Counted from the first letter of the stretch, positions 1 to 12,617 are shown. The stretch: 64,000 nucleotides of DNA from an uncultured Spirochaetota bacterium (GCA_963745235.1 CAVUXE010000091.1:37477-101476); one strand, 5' to 3'. Numbers and translations are program-made. Notes: generated from the letters alone by a model not told the origin.

Positions 1-2098
<2,098 letters not shown>

Positions 2099-2102
<4 letters not shown>

Positions 2103-3019
2103 TCGCCCCTCCGGAAGCGCAGCAGGCGCAGCTGCAGAATCGAAGTGACCAGGATCAGGACGAACAGGGCAATCGAGATCGTGGATGCATAGCCCCCCCG
2201 GTATCTCGTGAAGGCCTGGATGTACATGTGCATGAGGACCACGATGGTGGAGTTGAACGGCCCGCCGTTGGTGAGCAGGTACACCTGGTTGAAGATCTGC
2301 CACTGCAGGATCAGCTGCAGAACAAGCACGAGGGATGTCACCGGCCACAACAGCGGCCAGGTGAAATAGCGGAACACCTGGAAGCCGCGCGAGGCTCCAT
2401 CAAGGGAGGCCGCCTCGTAGTACTCGGTCGGGATTGCCTGGAGCCCCGCAATGAACATGAGGATGTTGAAACCCACCGTCCACCAGATGGTGACGAACGC
2501 CACCGCCGGCATTGCCCAGACGGGATCCTGGAACCAGTTCACCTTGAGGTGGAACAGGAAGTTGATGATCCCGTAGGCGGCGCTCAAGACCCACAGCCAG
2601 ACGTCGGTCACCACGCTCACGGGGAGAATATAGGGAAGGAACATGAGCGCCATCACCAGGCCGCGCAGCCGGTGAAGCCGCACGATCATGAGCGCAAATA
2701 CCAGTCCCGCCGCCGTGTTCGGAACCACGCTGAGCAGGATGAAGTACACCGTGTGCCACAGGGAGGCCCAGAACAAGGTGTCCTGTGCGAGGTGCACGTA
2801 GTTCTCGGTCCCGATGAAGTGTCCCCTGCCGGCGATGTCCGCGTTGGTGAAGCTCAACATGATCACCCGGGCCGTCGGATAGATGAGGAAAATGCAATAG
2901 ACGACGACAAAAGGCAGGACCAGCAGGAGGACCATGGCCCATGGCGTCTTCCTTGGCCTGCGGCGGAGATTCAGGGCCGTCACTTTCTCGCCGGCCTGGT
3001 CGATGACCGCACTGCTCAT
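2099..3019 (-). CDS. carbohydrate ABC transporter permease (MalF/UgpA-like)
   Basis: Hydrophobic 306 aa protein with EAA motif YYEAASLDGAS. Confidence 0.92.
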
Positions 3020-3040
3020 GTCACCCCCGGGAGAGAGAAC

Positions 3041-3066
3041 CGGCCCCGCGGAGAAACGCGGGGCCG
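3041..3066. terminator. intercistronic stem-loop after the binding-protein gene
   Basis: Perfect 10 bp stem CGGCCCCGCG-gagaaa-CGCGGGGCCG between SBP and permease genes. No U tract, so more likely an mRNA stabiliser/attenuator than a full terminator. Confidence 0.6.
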
Positions 3067-4241
3067 CTGGTGTGTGAAAGACCCCCTACATCGAAAGGCT
3101 CTGCAGGTCCGCTTTGAACTTCGCGATGGCGTCAGCCACCGTGAGGTTCCCGATCAGGGCCGGGGACAGGAAGTTGCCCGCCGCGTCGTATGTCGGCGCT
3201 CCGACCCCGAAGATGGGGTTCACGGGCTCGAGCCTCACGTCCTTGGCCGCCTGCGCGGCATACTGGTTGACCGGGTACAGCTTTGCAAGGGTCGGCCCGT
3301 TGAGAACGGGCAGGTAGGCAGGCAGATGCCCGCCGCTGGCCCACTCCGCCGCGTGCTTCTCCACGAACGCGATGAAGGTCAACACCGCGTGGAGCATATC
3401 GTCCGAGATCGGCGTCTTGGTGTTGTTCGGGATGGCGAGGTTGTGGGAATCAGCCCATGTCTCCTGGTTCTCGTAGAGCTTCGGGAATGCCATCACGCCG
3501 AACTTGAAGGGGAGCTTGCCGGACTTTTCCAGGTCTACCATCGTGGGGACTTCCCAGTTGCCGTTGAACATGAATGCCGCCTTCCCGGAGCTGAACAACG
3601 CAACCGACCCGGGATAGTCCACGTTGGCGGGGACGAGACCCTTGGTGGTCCAGTCGGTCATCGCCTGCAGCGCGGTCTTGCCGAGGGTATCCACCTGGTC
3701 CAGGGTCACTTTTCCTTCGCTCGCCAGGTTGCCGCCCTGCTGGTAGAAAAGCGTGCTCCACATGCGCCACACCGTTGCGGGGTCATTGGCGGAAGACATT
3801 GCCATGGGGAGCATTCCCGTCCTTGCCTTGATCCTCTCCAGAGACCGCGTGAAATTGGCCATGCCGGTGAACGCGGAAGCAAGAGGCCTCCCGTTGGAGC
3901 CCAGGAGCCCCGCCTTGCGCAGGATGTTCTTGTTGAAATAGATGATGGAGGTGTGCGTATCGAGAGGGATGCCGTACAGGACTCCCTCTGTTCCGTACGC
4001 CTTGCTGATTGCGAGCGATGTATCCACAAGGACTGGATTGAAGTCCTTGTAGGAAAGACCCACGGTCTTGAGCTCATCTTCCGTGATCGGGCGGAGATCT
4101 CCTGCCTGGATCCCGGCGGGAAAGTGCGACAGGTGATAGGTCATGACGTCAGGAGTCTCACCCGCCACCACAGCGGTGTGCACCTTTGTATAGAAGGGAT
4201 CTCCCCACGTCAGGGTGGTGCCCTGTATATTGATATCGCTC

Positions 4242-6024
4242 GAGCTATTCGCGTAGCGGCTAATTTTCATTGTGGCAATGATTTGGAGAGAGGCCGGATT
4301 TCGATTACCCCGAAGAAGGTAGGCTTTTCGCAAGATACAGCTTGAGATGCCTGTTTTCCTTGGAAATTGACCCCATTTACAGAAAAAGGCGCCCCTGGCG
4401 GTCGCGATCGTGCTACGATGAATCATCACAAGCACCGTGCACAAGACCTGGGAGGGGCGCGATGGCAACTATAGCACAAAGGCCGCTGTTTGGGTGGGAC
4501 CAGATCGAAGCGTTAGGAGACCTGAAGCGCCTGCGGTTGGTGCTGGAGAATCTGCCCGACGAGCCTGTGGTGAGCAAGCTGGAGCAGGAGCGGGATCGGG
4601 GCCGCGACCGATACCCGATCCGTGCGATGTGGAACGCGTTGATCGCCGGGGTGGTCTTCCAGCATCCGACGGTGGAGTCGCTGCTGCGGGAACTGAGACG
4701 CAACGCTCAGCTACGGCAGGTCTGTGGCTTCCAGCTGATCAAGGGATTGAAGGCAGTGCCGAACTCTTGGGCATTCTCGCGGTTCCTGGCAAATGTCATC
4801 AGACACCTGGAATTGATCGAGGCGATGTTTCATGCGTTGATTGATCGGCTCACCGAGCTTCTGCCCGACTTCGGCACCAGCCTTGCGGTGGACGGGAAGG
4901 CGTTGGCGAGCTACGCGCGAGGCAAGAGCGAGAAGGAGCACCCGGACGGTCGGGGCGACAGCGACGGGGAATGGGGGATTCACGAGTACCGCGGTACGCA
5001 CGCCGACGGAACGGCCTGGCAGTCGGTGAAGAAGTGGTTCGGATATACGATCCATCTGCTGGTCGACAGCCACTACGAATTGCCGGTGAGCTTCTCGGTG
5101 ACAAAGGCCAACGCCAGCGAGGTGGTCGAGGCCCACAAGGTGCTGGACCGACTGGAGGAGCAGCATCCGCAGCTCGTCGAGCGGTGCCAGGAGGTGGCTG
5201 CCGACCGCGGCTACGATGATGGGAAGCTGATCTGCAAGGTCTGGGATGAGTGGCAAGCGCTGCCGATCATCGATATCCGCAACTGCTGGAAAGATGGGGA
5301 GGCCACGAAGCTTGTCAGCGGGTTTGAGAACGTGGTCTATGACTTTCGGGGGACGGTGAGCTGCGTGTGCCCGAAGAGTGGCACTCAGCGCGAGATGGCC
5401 TACGGAGGATTCGAGCGGGATCGTATGACGGTGAAGTATCGCTGTCCCGCCCAGCACTACGGCTACCCCTGTGCAGGGGCCGGGTGCTGCGAGCTGGGCA
5501 AGGCGGTGCGCATCCCCCTGGACGAGGATCGGCGCGTGTTCACGCCCTTGGCGCGAAGCAGCCTGAAGTGGGAGCGCTGCTACGATCGGCGGACGGCGGT
5601 GGAGCGGGTCAATAGCCGCCTGGACGTGAGCTTCGGGTTCGAGAAGCACACGATTCGGGGACTAAAGAAGATGAGCACCCGTTGCACTCTGGCGCTGGCG
5701 GTGATGCTGGCGATGGCCGTGGGGCGGATCAAAGCCAACCAAGCGGAGTCGATGCGGAGCCTGCTGAAGGCAGCCTGAACGGCGCTCGGCTGCCTGGTCG
5801 CCTCCGACGGGGGTCGGGGTAGTCTGTCCTCAGGGGGCGGGGCCCAGTGCAGCCGGCGCTTCCGCGGAAACGCGCCGGCCTGCCGAAGGTGGTTTTAGGG
5901 TTCAGGGAAGGCACAGCGCGGTACTCAACCACCCCATAGCCCCCGCGGTAACTTTCGACCTGCTCCTGGCGACGTCCGGTTGGGTGGCCTCGGCGGCTCC
6001 CAACGGGCACAGCGCAAATGCCTC
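4242..6024 (+). mobile_element. insertion sequence, IS1182-like DDE element, 1783 bp
   Basis: Imperfect terminal IRs (GAGCTATTCGCG.. versus reverse complement GAGGCATTTGCG..); direct repeat GCTC at 4238-4241 and 6025-6028 (extends to TCGCTC); single transposase ORF. Confidence 0.88.
4462..5778 (+). CDS. DDE transposase (DUF772-like N-terminus, IS1182/IS5-related)
   Basis: MATIAQRPLFGWDQIEALGDL start with GGAGG RBS; motifs AVDGKAL, WFGYTIHLLVDS, AADRGYD and YDRRTAVERVNSRLD; Cys-rich insertion domain. Confidence 0.9.
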   Translation: MATIAQRPLFGWDQIEALGDLKRLRLVLENLPDEPVVSKLEQERDRGRDRYPIRAMWNALIAGVVFQHPTVESLLRELRRNAQLRQVCGFQLIKGLKAVPNSWAFSRFLANVIRHLELIEAMFHALIDRLTELLPDFGTSLAVDGKALASYARGKSEKEHPDGRGDSDGEWGIHEYRGTHADGTAWQSVKKWFGYTIHLLVDSHYELPVSFSVTKANASEVVEAHKVLDRLEEQHPQLVERCQEVAADRGYDDGKLICKVWDEWQALPIIDIRNCWKDGEATKLVSGFENVVYDFRGTVSCVCPKSGTQREMAYGGFERDRMTVKYRCPAQHYGYPCAGAGCCELGKAVRIPLDEDRRVFTPLARSSLKWERCYDRRTAVERVNSRLDVSFGFEKHTIRGLKKMSTRCTLALAVMLAMAVGRIKANQAESMRSLLKAA

Positions 6025-6262
6025 GCTCTGGCTCGTGTTGAACTCATTGATGATCGCCTTCCATCGCACGCCGTCGCCGCCGCTCAGGAAGTCCCAGAGA
6101 GTGACATTGGTCTGGGCCCAGACGACGAACGGGATGAGAAGAAGAACCAGGAAGACAGCAATCGTTGCGAACGTTCGCTTCATGCCTTCAACCCTCCTCG
6201 TGATAGAATATTTATCCAAGATTCAAGATGCCATCCGGCAGCGAGCATCATCAAGGAACAAA

Positions 6263-6280
6263 TTCCGAACAAAATCGGGA
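6263..6280. promoter_or_regulatory. possible operator in the divergent SBP/MFS promoter region
   Basis: Imperfect palindrome TTCCGA-acaaaa-TCGGGA in an AT-rich patch. Confidence 0.3.
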
Positions 6281-6383
6281 CAATGCCGACCTTGTCGACC
6301 GGTTTTTCGGGAGGAGAGCCACGGCTTCCCAAGCCACCTTGACCTGCACGCGGACATCTGCTTGTATTGAGCAAAGCACAATC

Positions 6384-7577
6384 ATGATTGACATCCCGGA
6401 CAGTGCCACCAGACGCCTGTATTTTCTTCTGCTCCTGGGATTTGCAACTTTCGGCGCTGTTTTCACGATCATTGGCGCCGCCCTGCCGAGCATCATCCGC
6501 ACGTTTCACTGGTCATACACGCTGACAGGCGCCGTGCTTGCCGCCAACGCCGTGGGCTACTTCGTCTCCACGTTTTTGTGCGGCATCCTGGTCCAGAGGA
6601 TAGCACCGAAGAAGGTCCTGGTTTTCGGCCTGGTCCTCGGCTCTCTCGCCATGTCCCTTTTCATCCGCTGGCCGTCACCCGCGCTGAACCTTGCGCTGAA
6701 CTTCTGCATCGGGTTGTGCCAGGGGACCATCGAGGTGGTCACGAATCTCGAGGTCATTCACATGGAGCGCAAGGGCCAGAGCAGGCTCCTCAACCTCGTG
6801 CACGCGGCGTTCAGCGTGGGCGGGATCATCGGGCCCGCCTCGGTAGGCCTTCTCCTGGGCGCCGGCACCGGGGGCCTGGCCGTCTTTGCGACAACCGCCG
6901 CGGTCCTTGCCCTGATGGCCGTGCTTTTCGGAACCTCCCGCTTCCCGACAATACGCCAGCAGGAGGAGCATCAGCCCCGGCAGGGGCTCTCGCTGATGTT
7001 CCAGCCCCTCCTCCTCCTGATCACCCTCTTCCTCCTCCTGTACGTGGGCGCCGAGTTGGGGGTATCCACCTGGATAGCGGAGTATTTCGTGCGGGCGCAC
7101 GGCGCCACGACGTCAATGGGGGCATTCGCCGTGTCCCTTTTCTGGATCGGGCTCCTCGTCGGGCGCTTCTCTCTTTCCGTCGGGTACCGGGGCTCCCGCC
7201 AGGAGTACCCTGTCCTCGCATTGACCATCCTCGCGGCGGCGTCCCTGGGCATGGTGCTCCTGGTGACCTCCCCCTGGGCGTCGGCGCTTGCGGTGTTCCT
7301 CACCGGCCTGGGCTTCTCCGGCATCTATCCCCTGTCAATCGCCATCGTCGGCCGCTACCACAAGAGCGGCGTCGCGGTGGGCGCTGTCACCACGGGAGGA
7401 GGCGTCGGCTCCTTCACGTTCCCGTTCCTGATGGCGGTGCTTGCCCAGACCATGGGTATCCGCGGCGGATTCTGGTTCTACCTCGGCCTGGCAGCCGTGC
7501 TGGTGGCGTTTGCCGCCGCAATCGTCAGGATGACGCGGCCGCGGCCCCAACCGGAGAAGAGCGCCCACTCGGCCTAG
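6384..7577 (+). CDS. MFS transporter (FucP/TsgA-like)
   Basis: About 12 hydrophobic segments; IGAALPSI and LNLVHAAFSVGGIIGP motifs; start placed at MIDIPDS. Confidence 0.85.
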   Translation: MIDIPDSATRRLYFLLLLGFATFGAVFTIIGAALPSIIRTFHWSYTLTGAVLAANAVGYFVSTFLCGILVQRIAPKKVLVFGLVLGSLAMSLFIRWPSPALNLALNFCIGLCQGTIEVVTNLEVIHMERKGQSRLLNLVHAAFSVGGIIGPASVGLLLGAGTGGLAVFATTAAVLALMAVLFGTSRFPTIRQQEEHQPRQGLSLMFQPLLLLITLFLLLYVGAELGVSTWIAEYFVRAHGATTSMGAFAVSLFWIGLLVGRFSLSVGYRGSRQEYPVLALTILAAASLGMVLLVTSPWASALAVFLTGLGFSGIYPLSIAIVGRYHKSGVAVGAVTTGGGVGSFTFPFLMAVLAQTMGIRGGFWFYLGLAAVLVAFAAAIVRMTRPRPQPEKSAHSA

Positions 7578-7623
7578 CGCCTCGGCCTTGCATTCGACGC
7601 CGACCGCTACTATAGTGCCTCTC

Positions 7624-8868
7624 ATGGGCAAAACAGCACTCACGGCGTATCGCTATCGATGGCTCATGCTGTGCGCGTTCATGTTGATCACGGGGATCAA
7701 CCAGGCGCTCTGGATCACCTTCGCTCCCGTCACCAGCGAGGCAATGAAGTTCTACTCCACCACAGACCTCGCCATCGGGCTCCTGTCCCTGTGCTTCATG
7801 GCAATCTATATCCTGATCTTCCTCCCCTCCGCGTGGCTGATCGATACGTGGGGAATCCGGCGCAGCGTCTCGCTCGGCGCCATTCTCACCGCAGTGTTCG
7901 CCCTGACCCGGGGGATCTTCGCCTCCAGCTTCACCCTGGTGATCATCTCGCAGGTGGGAATCGCAATCGGTCAGCCGCTGGTCCTCGGGGCGACGACAAA
8001 GCTTGCGGGTCGATGGTTCCCTGCCGACGAGCGCGCCACGGCCACGGGGCTCGGGACCCTCTCCATTTACCTGGGGGTCCTGCTCAGCCTCATCGTGACG
8101 CCAATCCTCACCGCCGGGTACGGCATGAAGGGAATGCTCCTCGTCTCGGGCGTTGCCGCCGTGGTGGCGGCCTTGTTCTTCATCCTCGTGGCGCGGGAAA
8201 GCCCGCCCACGCCGGTCGGCAGGCCGGAGGATGAGGTGCGTTCACTCATGTTCGACGGCCTTCGCAGCATGATCCGCAAGCGGGAGTTCATCTTCCTCCT
8301 TGTCATCTTCTTCGTCGGCCTCGGGATGTTCAACGGGATCACGACATGGATCGAGGAGATCGTCGGGCCCCGGGGGTTCTCCACCTCCCAGGCGGGCCTC
8401 GCCGGCGGGCTCATGCTGATAGGCGGGATCGTGGGAGCCGTTGCGCTTCCGCTCGTCTCGGATTCGCTTCGCCGCCGAAAGCCCTTCATCATCGTTGCCC
8501 TCGTGGGGCTGATCCCGGGCCTGCTCGGCGTGACCTTCGCGACCAGCTACTGGCTCCTCCTTGCATCATCCTTCGTGTTCGGCTTCTTCCTTCTCAGCGC
8601 GGGTCCCATCGGGTTCCAGTACGGCGCGGAAATGACGCTCCCTGCGCCGGAGGGGACCTCCAATACCCTCCTGATCGTCATGGGCCAGATCTCCGGGATC
8701 GTGTTCATCTTCCTGATGGACGCGCTCAAGGCGCCGGGCGGATCCATGACCGCGTCTTTGCTCGGCCTTCTTGGCCTTGCCGTGGTGGGCCTCCTGCTCG
8801 CTTTCTTTCTCAAGGAGTCCCCAATCCACGCGGCCACCGTGGCCAAGGCGAGTCAGACGGCGAAGTAG
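7624..8868 (+). CDS. MFS transporter (FLVCR-like)
   Basis: YRYRWLML, WITFAPV, WLIDTWGIRRS and WFPADERATATG motifs; 12-TM pattern. Confidence 0.85.
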   Translation: MGKTALTAYRYRWLMLCAFMLITGINQALWITFAPVTSEAMKFYSTTDLAIGLLSLCFMAIYILIFLPSAWLIDTWGIRRSVSLGAILTAVFALTRGIFASSFTLVIISQVGIAIGQPLVLGATTKLAGRWFPADERATATGLGTLSIYLGVLLSLIVTPILTAGYGMKGMLLVSGVAAVVAALFFILVARESPPTPVGRPEDEVRSLMFDGLRSMIRKREFIFLLVIFFVGLGMFNGITTWIEEIVGPRGFSTSQAGLAGGLMLIGGIVGAVALPLVSDSLRRRKPFIIVALVGLIPGLLGVTFATSYWLLLASSFVFGFFLLSAGPIGFQYGAEMTLPAPEGTSNTLLIVMGQISGIVFIFLMDALKAPGGSMTASLLGLLGLAVVGLLLAFFLKESPIHAATVAKASQTAK

Positions 8869-8873
8869 AAAGC

Positions 8874-9641
8874 TCAGGGCCGTCGGGCCGGTTGCAGCCT
8901 GACCTGCATGCACTGGTTCATGGCCTCCGCGACCTCAGCGAAAACGCCAAGAATGGCCTGGACGAGCTCATGGCCCGTGCAGGCGCGCACCTCGCTGGCG
9001 CCCATGGGATAGAAGAGCTGGAACCCCTCCCACTGGTCGGGAGGGGCTTTCCTTGCCGCCTGCCGGATCTGCCGGGAAGATTCCCAGTTCTCTGCGGTGA
9101 ACGAGGCGGTGGTCCCCCCGGTCAGCCGCGCGGTGAAGCCTTCCCGCCGCACAAGCCGGCCAATCTCGCGGTCCAGCACGGTCCCGCTCTCGCATTGGCG
9201 AATGAGCCTGTGCCAGTCCCAGTCTTTCGCAAGCGTTCCCGGGATTCCGGAGTCCACCCGGACGGAGCCGCGCTCGATCTGCAGCCCGCTCTGGAAGATC
9301 GACGCTTCCCTGTCCGCTGAGATGAAGAACTTGGCGCAGCCGAAGTTGACGCGGCTGGAAACAGGCTTGGCCTCCCGGTTGGCGCGCGGAAGCCAGCAGA
9401 TCCATTGCCAGAACACGCCCCTTCCCCACCTGTCAGTCACGAACGCCGTGCCATACCTTTGCTCCAGGCCGAACTTGAGGATCTGCGTGATCCGCTCGTG
9501 CGGCTCGAGGTTTCCCACCCGTATCCCGTGATCGAAATCGATCCATGCCACGCGGAATGCCTCACCCGTGGGCACCTCGGCGGCAACCCTCTCCGCCTTC
9601 GAGAGAGGGAGCCAGTCCTTCTGGGTGGGGCGTCGCTTCAC
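8874..9641 (-). CDS. hypothetical protein (Trp-rich)
   Basis: Non-overlapping part of ORF 8874..9947; GTG start 4 bp after the aminotransferase stop; protein-like composition. Confidence 0.7.
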   Translation of the reverse strand: MKRRPTQKDWLPLSKAERVAAEVPTGEAFRVAWIDFDHGIRVGNLEPHERITQILKFGLEQRYGTAFVTDRWGRGVFWQWICWLPRANREAKPVSSRVNFGCAKFFISADREASIFQSGLQIERGSVRVDSGIPGTLAKDWDWHRLIRQCESGTVLDREIGRLVRREGFTARLTGGTTASFTAENWESSRQIRQAARKAPPDQWEGFQLFYPMGASEVRACTGHELVQAILGVFAEVAEAMNQCMQVRLQPARRP

Positions 9642-9645
9642 CGGC

Positions 9646-11365
9646 CTACCTTGCAGTCCTTCCGCTTGAGTACAGGAAGGGAATGAGGTCCTGTTCCGTC
9701 GTGGAGAGCTCCGCCTCCGAAAACCTCTGCCGCAGGGAGTGCGAAAGACTTTCCGCCTCACGGAGGTAGGCCGCGAAGAGCGCCTCCAGCGGGGACTCCT
9801 CTGCGGGGGCGTCGGGAAGAGCCTCGGTCCCGCCCGCCGAACCGTTGGACCCGATGTCCAGCCCGAAGGAAACTCCGGGGTGAGCGTGCTCCCTGTGCCT
9901 CCACGCCCCGGTGTGGATGTCGAAGTCGTACAATGGAAGAAACGCAACTCCGTGATCTGCGACGAACCTGATGGCCTGGCAGATGAATGCCACTTCCGAG
10001 TCGGTGTGCAGGAAATGGAAGTTGACCCGGGTCCAGCCCGGCTTCAGCCCGACGTTCCCCTTGATGATCGTGCGTTCCAGCCTGCGGGACAGGAGCTCGT
10101 CGATGCCGAGGAGCCGGTGGCCGTACGGAGCCGCGCATGAGCATCCGGCCCTGCTCTGGATGCCGAACAGGTCATTGAGAAGCACGGTCACGAACCGGGG
10201 ATGCAGCCACGAGGGGCCGACCTTCACGGTGAATGAGAAGATGGGAAGACGATGCTCCAGGCTCGCTTCCCCCATCAGCTCGATGCCGGGATGCCCCGCG
10301 AGCATCCCGTGGGCGGTCCGCGCGAGCTCCCCTTCCCGCGCCGCGATCCTGTCCGGGTCCAGCTTTTCCTTGAGCTCCAGCGCAAGCGCCGCGCGAAGGG
10401 TCTGGAGGATCCCCGGCGTGCCAGCCTTCTCCCTGGCCTCAATGTCGGGGATATAGGATTGGCCGTCGAAGTTGACGAACTCCACTGTTCCTCCCGCGCC
10501 GACAGTGGGAGGCAGATCGCTTCTGTAGATCCTGTCATGGATGAGGAGGAGCCCGGTGCTGCCGGGGCCGCCAAGCAGCTTATGGGGGGAGAAGTAGAGC
10601 GCGTCGAAGAAGGACTCAGGATCCCTGTTCATGTCGATGCGCTCGTACGGAGCTGCAGCCGCGAAGTCGAAGAGCGCAAGCGCGTCGTGCCGGTGAAGGA
10701 TCCGCGCCACCTCGTGGACTGGCGTCTTCACGCCGGTCACGTTGGAGGCGGCGGAAAAGGCCCCGATCTTCCGCCTGCCGACGTACTGCGCGCGCTCGAG
10801 CTTTTGCGCAAGGTCGTCCAGGTCAAGGAGGCCGTTCCGCGTGAGATCGATCTCCACCACCTCCGCGAAGCATTCCCTCCAGGAGACCTCGTTCGAGTGA
10901 TGCTCGAAAGGCCCCACGAACACGACGGGTCGCTTGCCGTTGATCCAGCTCGTGAAGCTCTCCATCTCCTCAGGAGAAAAACGTTCGCGCAGGAGCGAAC
11001 GGAAGAAATCCTTCCCCGCCGGGCGGCACGTAGATGCCGAGGATCTGCTGGAGCTGATGGACGGCGGCGGTTGTTCCCGCCCCCGCGGAAATGAGCCTGT
11101 GCCGCGGCCCCGCATTCACCAGGCGCTTGATGGCGAGCTCGGCCTGGTGAAGGCACTCCGACGTGATGATCCCCGTTGCGTCGTCCTCCGTATGGGTATT
11201 CCCGTACGTCTCCATCAGGCGTGAAAGGTAGTCTTCTATGAACGTGACTCCCCGTCCGGAGGCGGTATAATCCGCATACGTGAGACGGCGCACGCCGAAC
11301 GGCGTGGCAAGCTGCCTCCTCCCCCCGATGATTGAGCCGCGAACCAGATCCCACAGGTCTTGCAT
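9646..11365 (-). CDS. PLP-dependent aminotransferase class V (cysteine desulfurase/selenocysteine lyase-like), frameshift near 11020
   Basis: YADYTASGR, YGNTHTE, GPFEHHSNE, FSAASNVTG, FSPHKLLGGPGSTG and QSRAGCSCAAPYGH across ORFs 10970..11521 and 9646..11115. Confidence 0.88.
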
Positions 11366-11394
11366 TCCATCCTCCCGGACCGTACTACTGTACC

Positions 11395-11975
11395 ATGACG
11401 AAAGGAGAAATGCGCGCCGGGATGGAGAGGCTGCTCGCCGGCCTGGAACCGGCGGACCTGCGCCGGCGCAGCGAGCTGGCGGCGCGGCGGCTCGCCCAGA
11501 CGCAGGCCTGGAGCGGCTCACACGTGGTCCTCTGCTTCCTCTCGATGCCCCACGAGCTGGACAGCGCGCCGCTCATCTCCGCCGCGCACGGCTCGGGGCG
11601 GCGCGTTGCAGCTCCGCGGATCCAGGGAGAGGTCATACGCTTCTTCTACCTTCCCCGCGATCCGGGGAGCTCCCCCGCGACCGCTGGGGCATCCCCGTTC
11701 CTCGAGCTGACTGGGAGCCCTTCGAGCCGCGCCCGGGGACACGCGTCCTGGTGGCCGCGCCCGGGCTGGCATTCGACAGGCGGGGAAACCGGTTGGGCAG
11801 AGGCAAAGGATACTACGACAGGTTTCTGGGAGAGGCGCGCGCCGCGCTCGGGAGGGAGCTCACCGCTCTCGGCATCTGCCTGTCCGAACAGCTCGTCGCC
11901 GAGGTGCCCCACAATGAGCGGGACCAGCGCCTGCAGGGCGTGGTGACCGAGCAGGAATCGATCGCGGCGTCTTGA
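11395..11975 (+). CDS. 5-formyltetrahydrofolate cyclo-ligase, frameshift near 11670
   Basis: MTKGEMRA...FLSMPHELD, then APGLAFDRRGNRLGRGKGYYDRFL signature. Confidence 0.9.
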
Positions 11976-12020
11976 TTCGCTCACGGCGTGGGGGTTACAT
12001 TTCAGCAGGAGAACGACACG

Positions 12021-12617
12021 ATGGGAGTCATCAAATCCGCGTACCAGATTGCAATGGAGAACTCGAAGGACATCGAAGCGAACAAGGAGCTGGTGGAAAC
12101 AAACCGCCTTCGTGACGAGGGCAAAAAGCTCGTTTCGAAGCTCCTGGATGAGGCTTCCTTCGACCTCAAGGCGGCGCTCAAAGCCTATGAGAAGGAGCCG
12201 CTCGCGTCCGTCAGGGATGGCCTGGTCCAGTCCCTCCTGGCAAACCTCGTGCTCCCGGCAGACGAGTTCTCCCTCAAGAACAACAAGAGGATCGGGGACG
12301 CGTTCGGCGCCACCGTCTCCGACGCCCGCAAGGTGAACATGATCTTCAGCCAGCTGGAGAGCTTCTTCAAGGAGTACCTCGCGGAGCGCAAGCGCCTGGT
12401 GGAGGCGGTGGAGCGCCAGTACGCGCAGATCAGGAAGAAGAAGGAAGAGGAGCTTTCCCGCCAGATGGGCAGGCCGGTGAAGATCAATCCTGCCGCGGAT
12501 CCCGAGTACCAGGCCATGGTCCGCCAGTACCTCTCCCAGCTGGACATCAAGTACAACGAGGTGCTGGACGGGGCAAAGGAAGAGCTCAGGACGGTCTTCA
12601 CCAAAAGCCCGGCATGA
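12021..12617 (+). CDS. conserved hypothetical helical protein (DUF6657-like)
   Basis: MGVIKSAYQIAMEN start with AGGAG RBS; strong coding bias; ATGA overlap with the next gene. Family name is from memory. Confidence 0.75.
   Translation: MGVIKSAYQIAMENSKDIEANKELVETNRLRDEGKKLVSKLLDEASFDLKAALKAYEKEPLASVRDGLVQSLLANLVLPADEFSLKNNKRIGDAFGATVSDARKVNMIFSQLESFFKEYLAERKRLVEAVERQYAQIRKKKEEELSRQMGRPVKINPAADPEYQAMVRQYLSQLDIKYNEVLDGAKEELRTVFTKSPA

Larger units (their letters stand above)
3086..6183 (-). pseudogene. sugar ABC transporter substrate-binding protein, interrupted by an IS
   Basis: 5' part 6183..6025 (signal peptide MKRTFATIAVFLVLLLIPFVVWA-QTNVTLWDFLSGGDG...NEFNTSQS) and 3' part 4241..3086 (SDINIQGTTLTWGDPFYTKV...) rejoin in frame when the IS and one target copy are removed; GAGGAGG RBS upstream of 6183. 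Confidence 0.92.

Noticed and set aside
9646-11365. DndA/IscS of a phosphorothioation defence system
   Set aside because: No dnd or ssp genes nearby, and the protein is the longer YADYTASGR-type class V enzyme.
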